DNA of 61,817 nt, filler included, from Nemertoderma westbladi (lineage: Eukaryota > Animalia > Xenacoelomorpha): assembly GCA_032718475.1 (NCBI GenBank). It is 4 parts of 4 records of this genome, joined end to end, with 100 filler letters (N's around TTAATTAATTAA, not from the genome) between each part and the next. Parts side by side here need not be neighbours in the genome. Positions count along the whole stretch, not along the records: positions 25,025 to 46,179 come from JAUCBJ010004298.1; positions 46,280 to 55,766 come from JAUCBJ010003526.1; 2 more parts are not named here. One strand, given 5' to 3'. Below the pieces are notes generated by a model that was not told the origin of the DNA, searched no databases, and saw only the letters and a list, made by a program, of their open reading frames with translations. Every line of letters begins with the position of its first letter. Positions within the stretch are counted from its first letter, which is position 1. Positions 39,531 through 51,307 of this stretch are shown here, piece by piece. A program made the position numbers and the translations under genes.

Positions 39531-39645
39531 ACTCCAATATTGGACTCCAAAGTCCAATATTGGACTTTGGAGTCCAAAATTGGACTTGAAGTCTAAAATT
39601 GGACTTGAAGTCCAATTTTTGACTAGGCCTACTCACCGACTGGCG
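39531..39645. mobile_element. End of the AGTCCAATATTGGACT-type MITE, inverted relative to 34510
   Basis: Five palindromic motifs followed by CTCACCGACTG; abuts the truncated CR1 RT. Confidence 0.55.
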
Positions 39646-41007
39646 GTAGCAAGTAGGCCAAGGCAACTCAGCCAGTACTGTTACCGCCACATGCAGTACC
39701 GTTCAGCCAATACACGTTATGCGTTACTGCAGTACTGACTGCTGTATTGCTCTACGGCTCTACCTGGCCAGGTTGGAATTTATGTAGAGTTTGCTCAACA
39801 TGTGTGGCGCGGATTAAGGATCCTGGCACGTAGTGACAGGGGCATGTGGCGCGCTTTTAGGATCCTGGCGCATAGTGACAGGGGCGTGTGTGTGACAATA
39901 CTGTCTGCGCATTGAAGATCCTGGCGGACCCAGCACGAATATGGATAGGCCCTATAGGGTTACAGGTTAGGGTAGGATGTAGCGTAGCAGTGCACTGGCA
40001 ACACATCCCACTCTACAGCTCTATTTGAAATTATTCCATTCAATCTTCAAACCAATAAAACCATGACAGCCTGCATGATTCAGCAGAATTTCCATGATCG
40101 CTACGCTCGCCAGCTCGCAATTAAATGACATCTGTATTTGAAAACAGTCGGTTTGCCTACTTTAAATGCTGAAATGTTAAAACTTTCGTGCTCGCTACGC
40201 TTGCATCTTGATCACATTTAAAAACAGTCAGTTGACGTTGACCACCTACTACTACTGTCTGACTGTACTACTACCTTACTACTACTGTACTACTACTACC
40301 GGTACCGGTACTACTACAGTACTATCTGACTATTACTGTCAGACTGTATTATTTACTGATTTATCTTAACATAATAGGACTGTAGGACAAATGCTCGCTA
40401 CGCTCGCATTTTAATGTTAAAATACTGTAGGCAGGTAGGGCTGTAGGGCTACTGGGCTACCTGGCTACAGCATTATAAACTGATAAGTTATTACAATTCA
40501 GCAATTACTGCAAAATTTCATAGTGAATTGTTGCCTTGCTGCCTTGGCGCGCTTTATGGATATCATGGCTGGCGCGATTTTCGTTTAACCAGAATGGGTG
40601 TGGCACGCTTTTTGTCAGTATTCCATACAGCCATATCTGCATATAGACTACGGTACCCGGTACCGCCGTTTGGCCGAAGTATACCAGTACCCGGCACCCG
40701 GTACGTCAGAACAGCAGTATACCGCTGTATGTACAGGCAGACCGGGACTGACTGCTATACCTGTATACATCAATTTATACCAGATCTGCAGTATACAGCA
40801 GTAGCAGTACACTGGTACAGTACAGCAGTTACTACACTACAGGCGACAGTACTACTTGAGCAGTACAGACAGATAGATAAAGGCCTACTAAACTGCTAGA
40901 GCAAACTATATGACAGTATGAGCCAATAAGAGGGAGCCCTTAAAACAACTATAATCACAATTTCTGATTAGCAGACTGGCAGAGTGGCAGGGGCCCTAAA
41001 AAATATT

Positions 41008-42390
41008 CGCAATAATTTTTATTGTCCGTTTAAATCCTTTTTTTGTCCTTTTTTTTTTATTTTTTATGTCCTCCAAAAGTCTAATGTTAGGTTCCATGCT
41101 ACCGGTTTCTCTACTGCTGTTCTCTCAGGCTATCAGTACCGGTATTAGTATATATAGCACTATTTTGCTGTATTGTATGTACAGATGTAGGTATAAAGCA
41201 GGTATTTCTGTATTTTAGTACCGGTAACGGTACCGGTACTGCTATAGGCCTACTGTGTAGCCTACCATTTAAATACGGTAATGGTAGGCCTTACCGGTTG
41301 TGCTAATAAATTTTAAATAATTGATAAGGCCAAACTGGATTGCAGGATTGTGGAAAATGTGGATATACCTTTCACATAATTTAGCCCTATTACTGTATTA
41401 GTTTTATCGTCTCTGTAACCTGCTCCTTTCCCTCAATTAGTTAAATGATCGTTTATTGTTTTGGTTAGAAAATCCCGCCTCTGTAACCTGCCCCTTTCCC
41501 TCAATTAGTTAAATGATCGTTTATTGTTTTGGTTAGAAAATCCCGCCTCTGTAACCTGCTCCTTTCCTTGAATTGGTAAAGTGACCGTTTATTGTTTTGG
41601 TTAGAAAGGCCCGCCTCTGTAACCTGCCCCTTTCCCTCAATTAGTTAAATGATCGTTTATTGTTTTGGTTAGAAAATCCCGCCTCTGTAACCTGCTCCTT
41701 TCCCTCAATTAGTTAAGTGATCGTTTATTGTTTTGGTTAGAAAATTCCGCCTCTGTAACCTATCCCTTTCCCTCAATTAGTTAAATTATCGTTTATTGTT
41801 TTGGTTAGAAAATCCCGCCTCTGTAACCTGCTCCTTTCCCTCAATAAGTTAAGTGATCGTTTATTGTTTTGGTTAGAAAATCCCGCCTCTGTAACCTGCT
41901 CCTTTCCCTCAATTAGTTAAGTGATCGTTTATTGTTTTGGTTAGAAATCCCGTCTCTGTAAACCTGCTCCTTTCCCTGATTTGGTAAAGTGACTGTTTAT
42001 TGTTTTGGTTAGAAAACTCGGCCTTAACCTGCTCCTTTCCATCAATTGGTAATTGTTTTTGGCTATAAAATGAGTGTTTTGCTACGTCATGTGGTAATCG
42101 ATTATCGACAACAACCACAAACTATTAAATATAGAGTCTTTTTACCACAGGCGCATATGGAAATCTATCTCATAGTCTATAAATCATGGAATGTTTTGGC
42201 ACATGCATAGTGAAATCAACTGTCTGACAGTCCAGAAATCAGCAGTCTGACAGTTTGAAGAAATACATACATAAAAAGTCATTAAAAGGACAATAAAAGT
42301 CATTAAAAGGACAACAAAAGTCATTATGCATAATTCGTAAAAAAAAAATGACAAAAAAAGTCAAATAAAAGGACATAAAAAATCACTGCC
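41008..42390. mobile_element. Mutator-like non-autonomous element with 9-bp TSD
   Basis: Flanked by AAAAATATT (40999-41007 and 42391-42399). Imperfect TIRs CGCAATAATTTTTATTGTCC / GGACATAAAAAATCACTGCC. The empty site is visible in the sister arm at ~43095. Confidence 0.7.
41409..42062. repeat. 68-bp tandem repeat, ~10 copies
   Basis: Unit GTTTATTGTTTTGGTTAGAAAATCCCGCCTCTGTAACCTGCTCCTTTCCCTCAATTAGTTAAATGATC (period 41451 to 41519). Confidence 0.93.
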
Positions 42391-45078
42391 AAAAATATTA
42401 GAGTAACTATTTCAGGAGCCCTTAAAACAAGTATAAACACGATTATTCATGACTGAATTTAATGGAGTTATCAGGATGCAGTAAACACTAGGCCTACAAC
42501 AGTACTCAATCAAACCGATCGGCTGGTACATTACATAACGCTCAGATTGGAATTAAATTTTATTTTATTAATACAGAACTATATGGTGGCCCGTGGCTGC
42601 CACTATAAAACTCTTGATAAAATATTTAAATAATAAATAAGTGGAAAAAATATCTTGAAAAAAAAAATAATTAAAAAAAATATCTTAAAAAAAATAAGTA
42701 AAATGAAATAAAACAGTCCTAGGGCAATCCTTTCCTCTTAGGTCGCTTTCATTGTAATCGTCTGTACTTCAGTACTTGAACAGTTGTATATTGTATTGTG
42801 AATTTCAAATTAAAGTGACCTTTTTCTACAACGGCACTAGCTTTCTCCTATTAGTTTGGGCGATGTTTCACAATACTCAAATTACCATATGTTTTTTTTT
42901 CGTGCATTGTAGACAGCGACAGAAGGGAATGAATAATGAATAAACTTGATAAACTCTGCAAAGTTATATGTAATACTAGATAGCCTGTGACCCGAAGGGC
43001 CACAGGTTATCTAATATCTATCTATAATAAATTTAGTTATCATCTAAATTATGTATTTATACTTGTTTTAAGGGCTCCTGAAATAGTTACTCTAGTATTT
43101 TTTAGGGCCCCTGCCAGCCTGCTAACTAATATGGCATTATGAAACCAGCTGATGGCGTTGCTATAGGTACCCGGTTTAAAACCAATCAGGAAATAGTGAT
43201 TATAGTTGTTTTAAGGGCTCCCTCTTATTGACTGTCATATAGTTTGCTCTAGAAGTTTAGTAGGCCTTGATCTGTTTGTCTGTACTGCTCAAGTAGTGCT
43301 GTACTGTACTGCTGCTGCTGTATACTCAAGGTGTACTAAATAACAGGTCATGCAGCGAGCTGAGAGGCCGATCTTTTCGCTGTGGTCCCTTTCTGGCTCC
43401 GATCACCAATATTTTTCGTGCTAAAGTTTTCAAAAGTTTTTATGGCTAACTAAAATAAATTTATTTGCGGTAATTCGCGTTTTTTGGATGTTGATGACGA
43501 TTGTAGAAACACAAATGAAAAATTTTTTGTAATTTTCAATGTGCCCCCTGGGGCACGAAAAAAACAAGTAGTGCTGTAATAGATTTTTCGCGCCTGCGTA
43601 GGCAAACATACAAAATACACTTCCTCGGAATTCTGATTTAAAAACGAAATAATTACAACATAATTATTCCCCCTTTCCTTATCCCGCCGTAATATTCACC
43701 CCAGAAATATTCGCCGTATTATTCATGCCAGAAATATTCACCGAAATATTAATCTCAGAATATTATCCAATATCCCATATTATGACTCCAATATCCCATA
43801 TTATGACTCATTGTCCCAACCCAGACGTCCTTAGTCGTGGCGGGCGTGCCAAGTCCTGCCTTGTCCACCCAACACACTAACACACTCCATCCAGGGTACC
43901 ATCCAGGGTCCATTGCTTATCCAATACATCCCTTCCCTTACACTGGCCATCAGCACACAGCCTACTGCCACCACCAAATAGCAGTAGGGAATGATTGACT
44001 AGTCACCTTCAAAACTCCATCCAGGCACCAATTATTAATTAGTCTATTATAATGAGTAATAATCATATTTTAACATGGTGTGAACGTAAAGTCTCTGCAC
44101 AGAAAGTCGAACTGTGCGCAGGTGAAAATTTGGGGTCAACTCCATATTGACCCCACATCGGGTTATAAATAGGGCCGCATCGGGTCAAAAAAACAAGAGT
44201 CTTCAACCCCAGCTGCCTGAAGTGAGCTCTGCTCCTCAGTACAGCAAAAGTTTCGCCTAGAAGTCAGCTCTGTTCCAAGGTTGGACGTCTTTGTTGCTGG
44301 GTCGGGCCCGAGAAAGGCTTTGCGATTGCCAGGAACGTAAGACGATTCGCCTTGGTTTGAGTTTACTGGCTAAACTACTGTAGCCCAGCTCTGTCACTCA
44401 CGGTAGTGCTAGTGCACTGTCCGCAGGCTCTGTTTATTCCAGGTTCGCCAGAATAAACTATATAGTCTGAGAGCAAATTGCAGCTAACCATTTGAGTCTT
44501 ATCGGTACCACCCCTGTTTAGACTCAGACGGTAACCTGGTGTTCTGCACTATCGCCAAGTTCCAATATCGTGAAGCTGCACCAAGTTTATTACGACGTTC
44601 TACGACTTTTGCCCATACCTTTTTGATGTTTAGACTTTTATTCACAACCTGTGTTTTTTTTCCATGATTTATTTGTATATTTTTTTATATTTTTCTCTGC
44701 TTTTTGGATTATTTAGAGGCTGTACTTTGGATCCTAACGGACCCAAAGTACCCCTCACCCGGTTTCTATCTTTTTCCTCATCCCAGAGGTTTTTCTACAG
44801 TATTACAGTAAGTTATTTTATTTGTTAGAAGGAAGCAATATACAGTATTATTTGGTAAGAACAGAAAATCGCTGTGTTTATGTACTATATTGAAAATTTG
44901 TGGATGTCCGTAAATAACAAGTCATTGAAGGACCGTGTTCTAGTGCAAATATTTTATGTTAGCCGGAAAACCAAAACACTAAGCGAAAGTGAGCACTGCC
45001 TGGAACCTTTTTGAGATTCAGAGCCGTTTTAGGAACTTATCGTGCCAAGGAGCACGATAAATCCATTACAGTAATTAA

Positions 45079-45787
45079 GGGGGGGGTACACCATTTTGGT
45101 CCAAAATATGTCGAAATTTTTTTTATGGTCTATTATAATGCACCATTGAATGGTGTTTCCAAATCTGAAAACCGCTATTTAATAGCTCTTTTAGTTTTCA
45201 AGTTATTAAATTTCCTTTTAGGGAATCCTATTGAAATTACTATTACTATGTATAATGAAAGGTCGATTATCTCCAAATATTTTTTTCATGAAATTGTCAA
45301 CTTCAAAACCCTACTACTTCTACAATTTTTGAGTAATTAGTCTGAAACTTCCTGTGAGTGTCTACATAGCCACCCTGCATAAAAGTATCAGGCAACTTTT
45401 CGAAATTTTTTGTTAATAAAATTTAATACTATTTATAAAAAACCTAAAAATTTGCATAAATTTGCAGCGCCACCTAGCGGTGCAGAATTATTTTAACAAA
45501 ATTTCGCCTGATAGTTATGTTGCCCCATCTTTGATCTATCATATAAAACAACTTTCATGTGATTAGAATCAAAACTGTAAAAGCCTTAGGGTTTTAAGCG
45601 CAACCAAGTTTTTTTTATTGTTAACTAGTATTAACTAATATTAAATAGCGGAAAAAATTTTTTTTCTGACCTGTCATGTAGAATAGCATCTTAGGCACCT
45701 ATATGCTAAATTTTAGCCAAAACCAAACAATTTTGAAACGCTGAGAGTGATAAATCGAAGAGTTGTCCGAAAATGGTGTACCCCCCC
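45079..45787. mobile_element. TTAA-flanked non-autonomous DNA transposon (Kolobok-like), complete
   Basis: TTAA|GGGGGGGGTACACCATTTT ... AAAATGGTGTACCCCCCC|TTAA. Confidence 0.8.
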
Positions 45788-46179
45788 TTAATACACTTGT
45801 TGGCACTCCCCGCCAGAGCGTTATACATTTTTATTTTATTGTTTGTGGTTTTTTCGGCCCAAGTGTAAGTCCCCCTGAGAGGCCTACACCCTGCACTACC
45901 GGTGTACGTTACTAAATGTATTTTTCACAAAAATTTGAATAACTATAATAGGCTCGTGACAGCCCTCACGGCCATGGGTAGCGCTTGCTGAAAAAGTTAT
46001 TTAAATATCAAGTGCAAAATACTCGGTTACTAAGCCTGAGTGTAATTTCGTAGGCAGGAAAATTACCGTTGGCTACGAATCTGTATTAGAAGAAAGAGAC
46101 TGACACATCTACCGACGGAATAAGTCTTTGGGGACTGTACACGTACAGGGGTACACCGGTACGTACTAAAAGGTAGAAC

Positions 46180-46279
46180 NNNNNNNNNNNNNNNNNNNNN
46201 NNNNNNNNNNNNNNNNNNNNNNNTTAATTAATTAANNNNNNNNNNNNNNNNNNNNNNNNNNNNNNNNNNNNNNNNNNNN
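46180..46279. other. Assembly gap (100-bp spacer)
   Basis: N run with TTAATTAATTAA. Confidence 0.97.
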
Positions 46280-46386
46280 TACAAGTTGCCGAGAAAGTTG
46301 CTCTAAAAGTTGGCACGTGTAAACAGGCCTTTACAGTAAAATATTTACTTATAGGCACTAATTTTTCCATATTAATTTAACATTAA

Positions 46387-46844
46387 GGGGGGGGGGGGGG
46401 GGGGGGGGGGGGTACACCATTTTGGTCAAAAATATGTCGAATTTTTTTTTACGGTCTATTATAATGCACCATTAAATGGTGTTTCCAAATCTGAAAACCG
46501 CTATTTAATAGCTCTTTTAGTTTTCAAGTTATAACAATTTCCTTTTAGGGATTCCTATTGAAATTACTATTACTATGTATAATGAAAGGTCGATTATCTC
46601 CAAATATTTTTTTTTCTGAAATTGTCAACTTCAAAACCCTACTACTTCTACAATTTTTGAGCAATTTGTCTGAAACTTCCTGTGGGTGTCTAGATAGCCA
46701 CCCTGCATAAAAGTATCAGACAACTTTTCGAAATTATTTGTTAATAAAATTTAATACCATTTATAACAAACCTAAAAATTTAGCCTAAATTTGCAGCGCC
46801 ACCTAGCGGTGCAGAATTATTTTCACAAAATTTCGCCTGATAGT
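46387..46844. mobile_element. Second, truncated copy of the TTAA Kolobok-like element
   Basis: TTAA|G-run TACACCATTTTGG; matches 45079-45515 and then diverges. Confidence 0.8.
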
Positions 46845-47752
46845 GAAGGCTGAAACGAAACCCCAATTAGAAATTTGACTACCGTACCGTAATGCAGCAT
46901 CGTACTGCACTGCAGTACCGGTACTGGAATACTGCAAAACTGATAGTAATTACGACACAAGGACGGACAGTATGAAGCAAAGCATCACAAGCAGCTGTTA
47001 CAATCCCTCCCACATGCAGCTGTTATGATCTCCTACCTGCCTTGCCTACTGGTAGGGTGGTAGGTCAGTAGGTAGGCCTACTGCTGTACTGCAACATTGC
47101 TGGTACCGGTAGGGCAGTAGGAGTAGGGTAGCCAGTCATCAGTCATACCACATACGGCAGTTCTGTACCGCCTCTATCCGTACCCGCCGCAGTCACTTCA
47201 TAAGTCTCCTGGCAGCCTGGCACCTGGAGTGGTCTGACATTCAGACATTAGGCCTATATAATTCAGTAATTACTGAATTAAGTGTAAGTCATACCGGTAC
47301 TTAATAGGCCTACATTATCTGATTGTTTCTTTCTGACTTTACCCGTCAACTGGCAGACTGATGGACTGGGGTAGATTAGGTACCGGCACCCCAGTAGAGC
47401 CTCTTGACTTTAGGGTTAGGTTTCGGTTCAGTTATGGCAGTAGGCCTACGGATTTAATTCATGTAATTAGGGTTTGGGTCGCCACTCTTCAGCTCTTGTA
47501 ACCTGCAAGACCTGCGACGCTCACGCTACGCTTCGACCACGAGAGCCATGAAAAGGGATTGTTTGGTTGTTAATGTCTGAATGTTAACACGCATACCTCT
47601 GGCATCTTGCCCGGTAGAAGACAGGAAGAAGCTACTGGCAGACCGGTAGGCCAATCTTTATTGTACATAGTATCTGAGAAGCGCTGAGTGTAGGCATACA
47701 GTGTCTGAGTTCAGGAGTGTACAGTCTGCAGGTCTGACCTGACAGTAGTGAG

Positions 47753-48891
47753 GGGTTTGACTAAATACGCCACCGACAACCAGACAACCGACAGGTAAAA
47801 TCGCAAACCGACAGTCTGACAGTACAGCAGTCAGCAGTACCGGTATACCGATAACTTCGAGGATGCTAGTAAACTATTTCAGTAGGCCTACCGGTACATG
47901 ACACATGATTAATGATTATACAATTTTAATTTTCAGTCCAAATATTTATAACAAAGTAGGCCTAGGCTTATATTGTCCATTATCTGACTGTCAGACGGTT
48001 GGCCTGTTGTTGGTGGTGTAATTTAGTCATTACTGCATTAGGCCTATAATTTCTTTAAAATATAATTCCACATTCATAAATTATTACCGGTATCTGTTTT
48101 AAATTATTATATTGCATAACGTAATGGTAAAAATCATTAATGTTTTTCATATGTCGGTGTCTTGCTATTATCATTACTGTATTACAGTATTACAGTATTA
48201 GTTTTTGTCGGTGGTAGTCAGACTGTTGTCGGTGGACGGTGACTGGGTGATAGGCCCCTATACCCTACTTCTGCGGTATCTGGTATCCGTTCCTGCGCTC
48301 TGGCTGCAGTACAGTCTGATAGTCAGACAGTACGATGCAATGCCGAAATTACTTTACGTTTACATACACCTGCACATTGTTGCATTGATATTTCCCTACA
48401 TATCGTAAAGTTTAGTACCGGTAAATGAAATGAAACATCACAGCATGAAACAACGGAAGCTCCTTTCTCTCTTGGATTTTACCTGAAAAGAAGGGATGCG
48501 CAACACTAACCTCACCTCAAGGATGCCGTTTATGTTGTTTATGCCGTTTATGTTGTTACTCGTTACTGTGCCCTTGCTTTAACATAATACTTTGCCTTAA
48601 CTGGCTTTAAAAATTATTGCATTACATAATCATACAAAATTATTGTACAAATTACTGCTGTACCCTGTAATGCAGGTTTTTGTGGACAATATACTTTGTT
48701 ATAAATATTTGGACTGAAAATTAAAATTGTATACCGGTAATCAATCATGTACTGAAATAGTTTAGTAGCATCCTCGAAGTTATCGGTATACTGTCGGTTG
48801 GCGATTTTACCTGTCGGTTTATGTCTTTTGTTGTCGGTGGTTGGCGAAAGGTGTAGGTGTCGGTGGCGTATTTCTGTATTTAGTCAAACCC
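47753..48891. mobile_element. Foldback/Mutator-like element with ~200-bp TIRs directly upstream of the ADAD start
   Basis: GGGTTTGACTAAATAC... (47753-47958) is inverted to 48692-48891. Flanks GTAGTGAG and GTAGCTGAG resemble a decayed 9-bp TSD. Confidence 0.75.
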
Positions 48892-48978
48892 GTAGCTGAG
48901 TAGCGCTGCAGTGTAGGATAATATTATAATAACAGAAAACACTGAAACCTGAAACCGGGATGATCATATAATCTGATA

Positions 48979-49489
48979 ATGACATCGTCTCGAGGTGGCG
49001 TCGGTCCTTTTAGGGACTTTGGACCTCGTAATTTCGATCCGTACAGCGACGGTCCGCCTTTAGGGATGGGCTACGGGGGGGACGGGCCCCCGCTGCAGGG
49101 GGGACCCCCCAGACCCTTACCGAGTATCCTAGACGAACTGGACGGGGGACCCGGTGTTTACGGTGGCGACCGCCCCGGTTCCTACGGGGGGCTGATGGGG
49201 GGATTCCAGCCCCCCTACCCCCCTCGCCACGGCGCTCCTCACCCCGAGCCATCCTACTACGGGGGACCCTTCCGCCCCCCAGATTTCGGTCGCTACGAGG
49301 AGCAGCACGATTCGTGGTGCGGCCCTATGCGGGGCCCCCCTCTAGGACCCCCGCCCCCCCGAATCCGTCGCCCTCCGGCCCTTCTCCAACAGGACTACGG
49401 TGATGAACAGTTTGCCATGCAGGCTATCTACGACTATGCTTGGTATAGGGATCTCGTACTGGAATTCGAAGAGGTCGGTGAACGGCAAG
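48979..49489 (+). CDS. ADAD: ADAD/ADAR-family protein, exon 1: Pro/Gly/Tyr-rich low-complexity N-terminus and first part of dsRBD1
   Basis: GC-rich ORF from ATG 48979. Donor CAAG|GTAAGT (49490, phase 1) joins exon 2 to rebuild a dsRBD: AMQAIYDYA...EFEEVGERQG-PSHKPLYKMRV. Confidence 0.85.
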
Positions 49490-50227
49490 GTAAGTACCGC
49501 AACTGACATATAATATAGTACCGGTAATATGAGTAATATAACATACCGGATACCCCAACAGTCTGACTGTTATTTATAGAGTAAACTTACCCAGCTCAGC
49601 AGCTGCGTGGGCAAGTCAGGATTTGAATCTACTATCAGTATACCGGTACATACAATACAATATTGCAATGTTCTAGAGATACCAATAATATACGGAAATA
49701 ATTACTTAAAGTGAAAAAATCTGATTCACTAATGATGTTCCAGAGACAAAGTAACCTGTATAGTGTATAATTACCCGTAGGCCTAGGTCATCCTGTAATG
49801 TAAGGTAATCCTGGAAGAAGTGATGTATTGAGGAATGTTGATTAATGTAGCTGACACCCGATATAAATAATATAAATCAAAAAAGTTTTTAGCCAGTAAC
49901 AGTTTTTATTATTTAATATCACAGTAAAAATATAATTTATTTGTTGTGTATAAGAGTTATAGAAGAAGTGGAAGAAGTGATTATTACGGTACGCATAGGA
50001 TCGTTCGTTCTAATACAACACGCATAATCAATTTTTTCTAGCCAATCGTAGTCCCACCTTGCGTAGCGGTTAAATCCATTATCTTGAATTCACATCCCCC
50101 ATAGTCGTGGGTTTTATCCCTGTAGAGCCCCTATTGAAAAGTTATATTTCTGCGCCGAACGCTGCGCCAAGTACAAGAAATCCTCACGTACGTAAAACAT
50201 TCTAGGTCCCAACCACAAACCGCTAAA

Positions 50228-51270
50228 CTACTACTACTAGGTCGAGCGTACTCGTATAGTGGAAATGAGATCCTTCCAGGCTTCCCGATTCTCCATAGTT
50301 GTCGCAATTTCGTTTCTCCCAAGTTCGGTATCCCTTTCAAGTTGATCTATATATGTTATGGCCAGTCGTCCACGACTACGCTTTCCATGAGTTGGAAAGC
50401 ACCATCAAATCAGTCACCGTAGTGCATGTATCTGAGCTATTGGTGATCTACTTGGTCGAAATCCGTTTTGGCTCTTACGCAGTAGTTTCTCTATGTGAGG
50501 CCTAATCCTATATAGAATCATTTTATTGTATATTTTGGCAGCTACCACAAGCAAACAGATCGTACGATAGTTTGTTGGTATGCCGAGGTCTCCTTTCTTG
50601 GGGAGAGGCTTTAGTTGACCTTTAGTCCAAATTGGTGGTGGCTTTTCCCCTTTTAACATCCGGTTGCAAACATTCAATAATGGTCTGTTTAGCACTCCTG
50701 TTTTCCATACCTCCGCTGGGATTTCATCTAATCCACTCGCTTTATTATTGGACATGCTTTTAATGCTTCTTTGGAGTTCGGCAGGTGTGAAGTCCCCTGG
50801 TTCTATAGGTAGTGTCTTGTCATATATTTTCCTTGTAGGGCTGACCTCGATGTTTGGTGGCTGCCCAAGCAAGTTGCTGAAGTGATTTTTCCACTTCCCA
50901 ACACGTTCTTCAGGACTATCGGCTTTGAGGCGCCCCTTTGCACAACTTTTCCGACCAGATACCTAATTTACAGTTTGCCAGGTAAGTCTTGATTGTTGCT
51001 GTATGTGAGCAGTTGTAATTGCTTCAGTTTTATCCTGTATGTACTTTTCCTGGCTGATGTTGTAGGCCAATTTAAGATCGTCCTTAGCTTTCTCAACCTT
51101 GTTAATGTTTTCGGTTGTTGGTTGTTCGGTTTTAACTTTGTAGGCTATCTTAGGATCTTCTCTCTTACAAGTAACCTCAGAGTTTTGCCATGGCCATGCC
51201 ATTGCCATGTTTTCGTTTGGGTTTCTGGGAAATATGCCTCTTGGCTGATTCCTTGTGGGCTTTATACCAA
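50228..51270 (-). mobile_element. Internally deleted RTE LINE, antisense in ADAD intron 1
   Basis: KASGLDEIPAEVWK, PLPKKGDLGIPTNYRTICL and SQNGFR, then a jump at ~50414 to the C-terminus (PTHGKRSRGR..TYIDQL) with a (TAG)n tail at ~50228-50240. Confidence 0.85.
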
Positions 51271-51307
51271 CCATCTGTTATACCATCACTAATGCCTTCC
51301 ATTCCAG

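Larger units (their letters stand above)
40850..43305. repeat. Long inverted repeat pair (40850-41007 + 42391-42440 versus 43050-43305)
   Basis: For example GAGGGAGCCCTTAAAACAACTATAATCAC versus GTGATTATAGTTGTTTTAAGGGCTCCCTC. The left arm is split by the 41008-42390 insertion. Confidence 0.75.

Noticed and set aside
41409-42062. Regularly spaced repeat as a CRISPR array
   Set aside because: The entire 68-bp unit repeats; there are no variable spacers.
51190-51307. N-terminal extension MAMPLPCFRLGFWEIC... of the 407-aa ORF
   Set aside because: It lies upstream of the acceptor at 51307 and is antisense LINE sequence; the dsRBD is completed only by splicing from exon 1.
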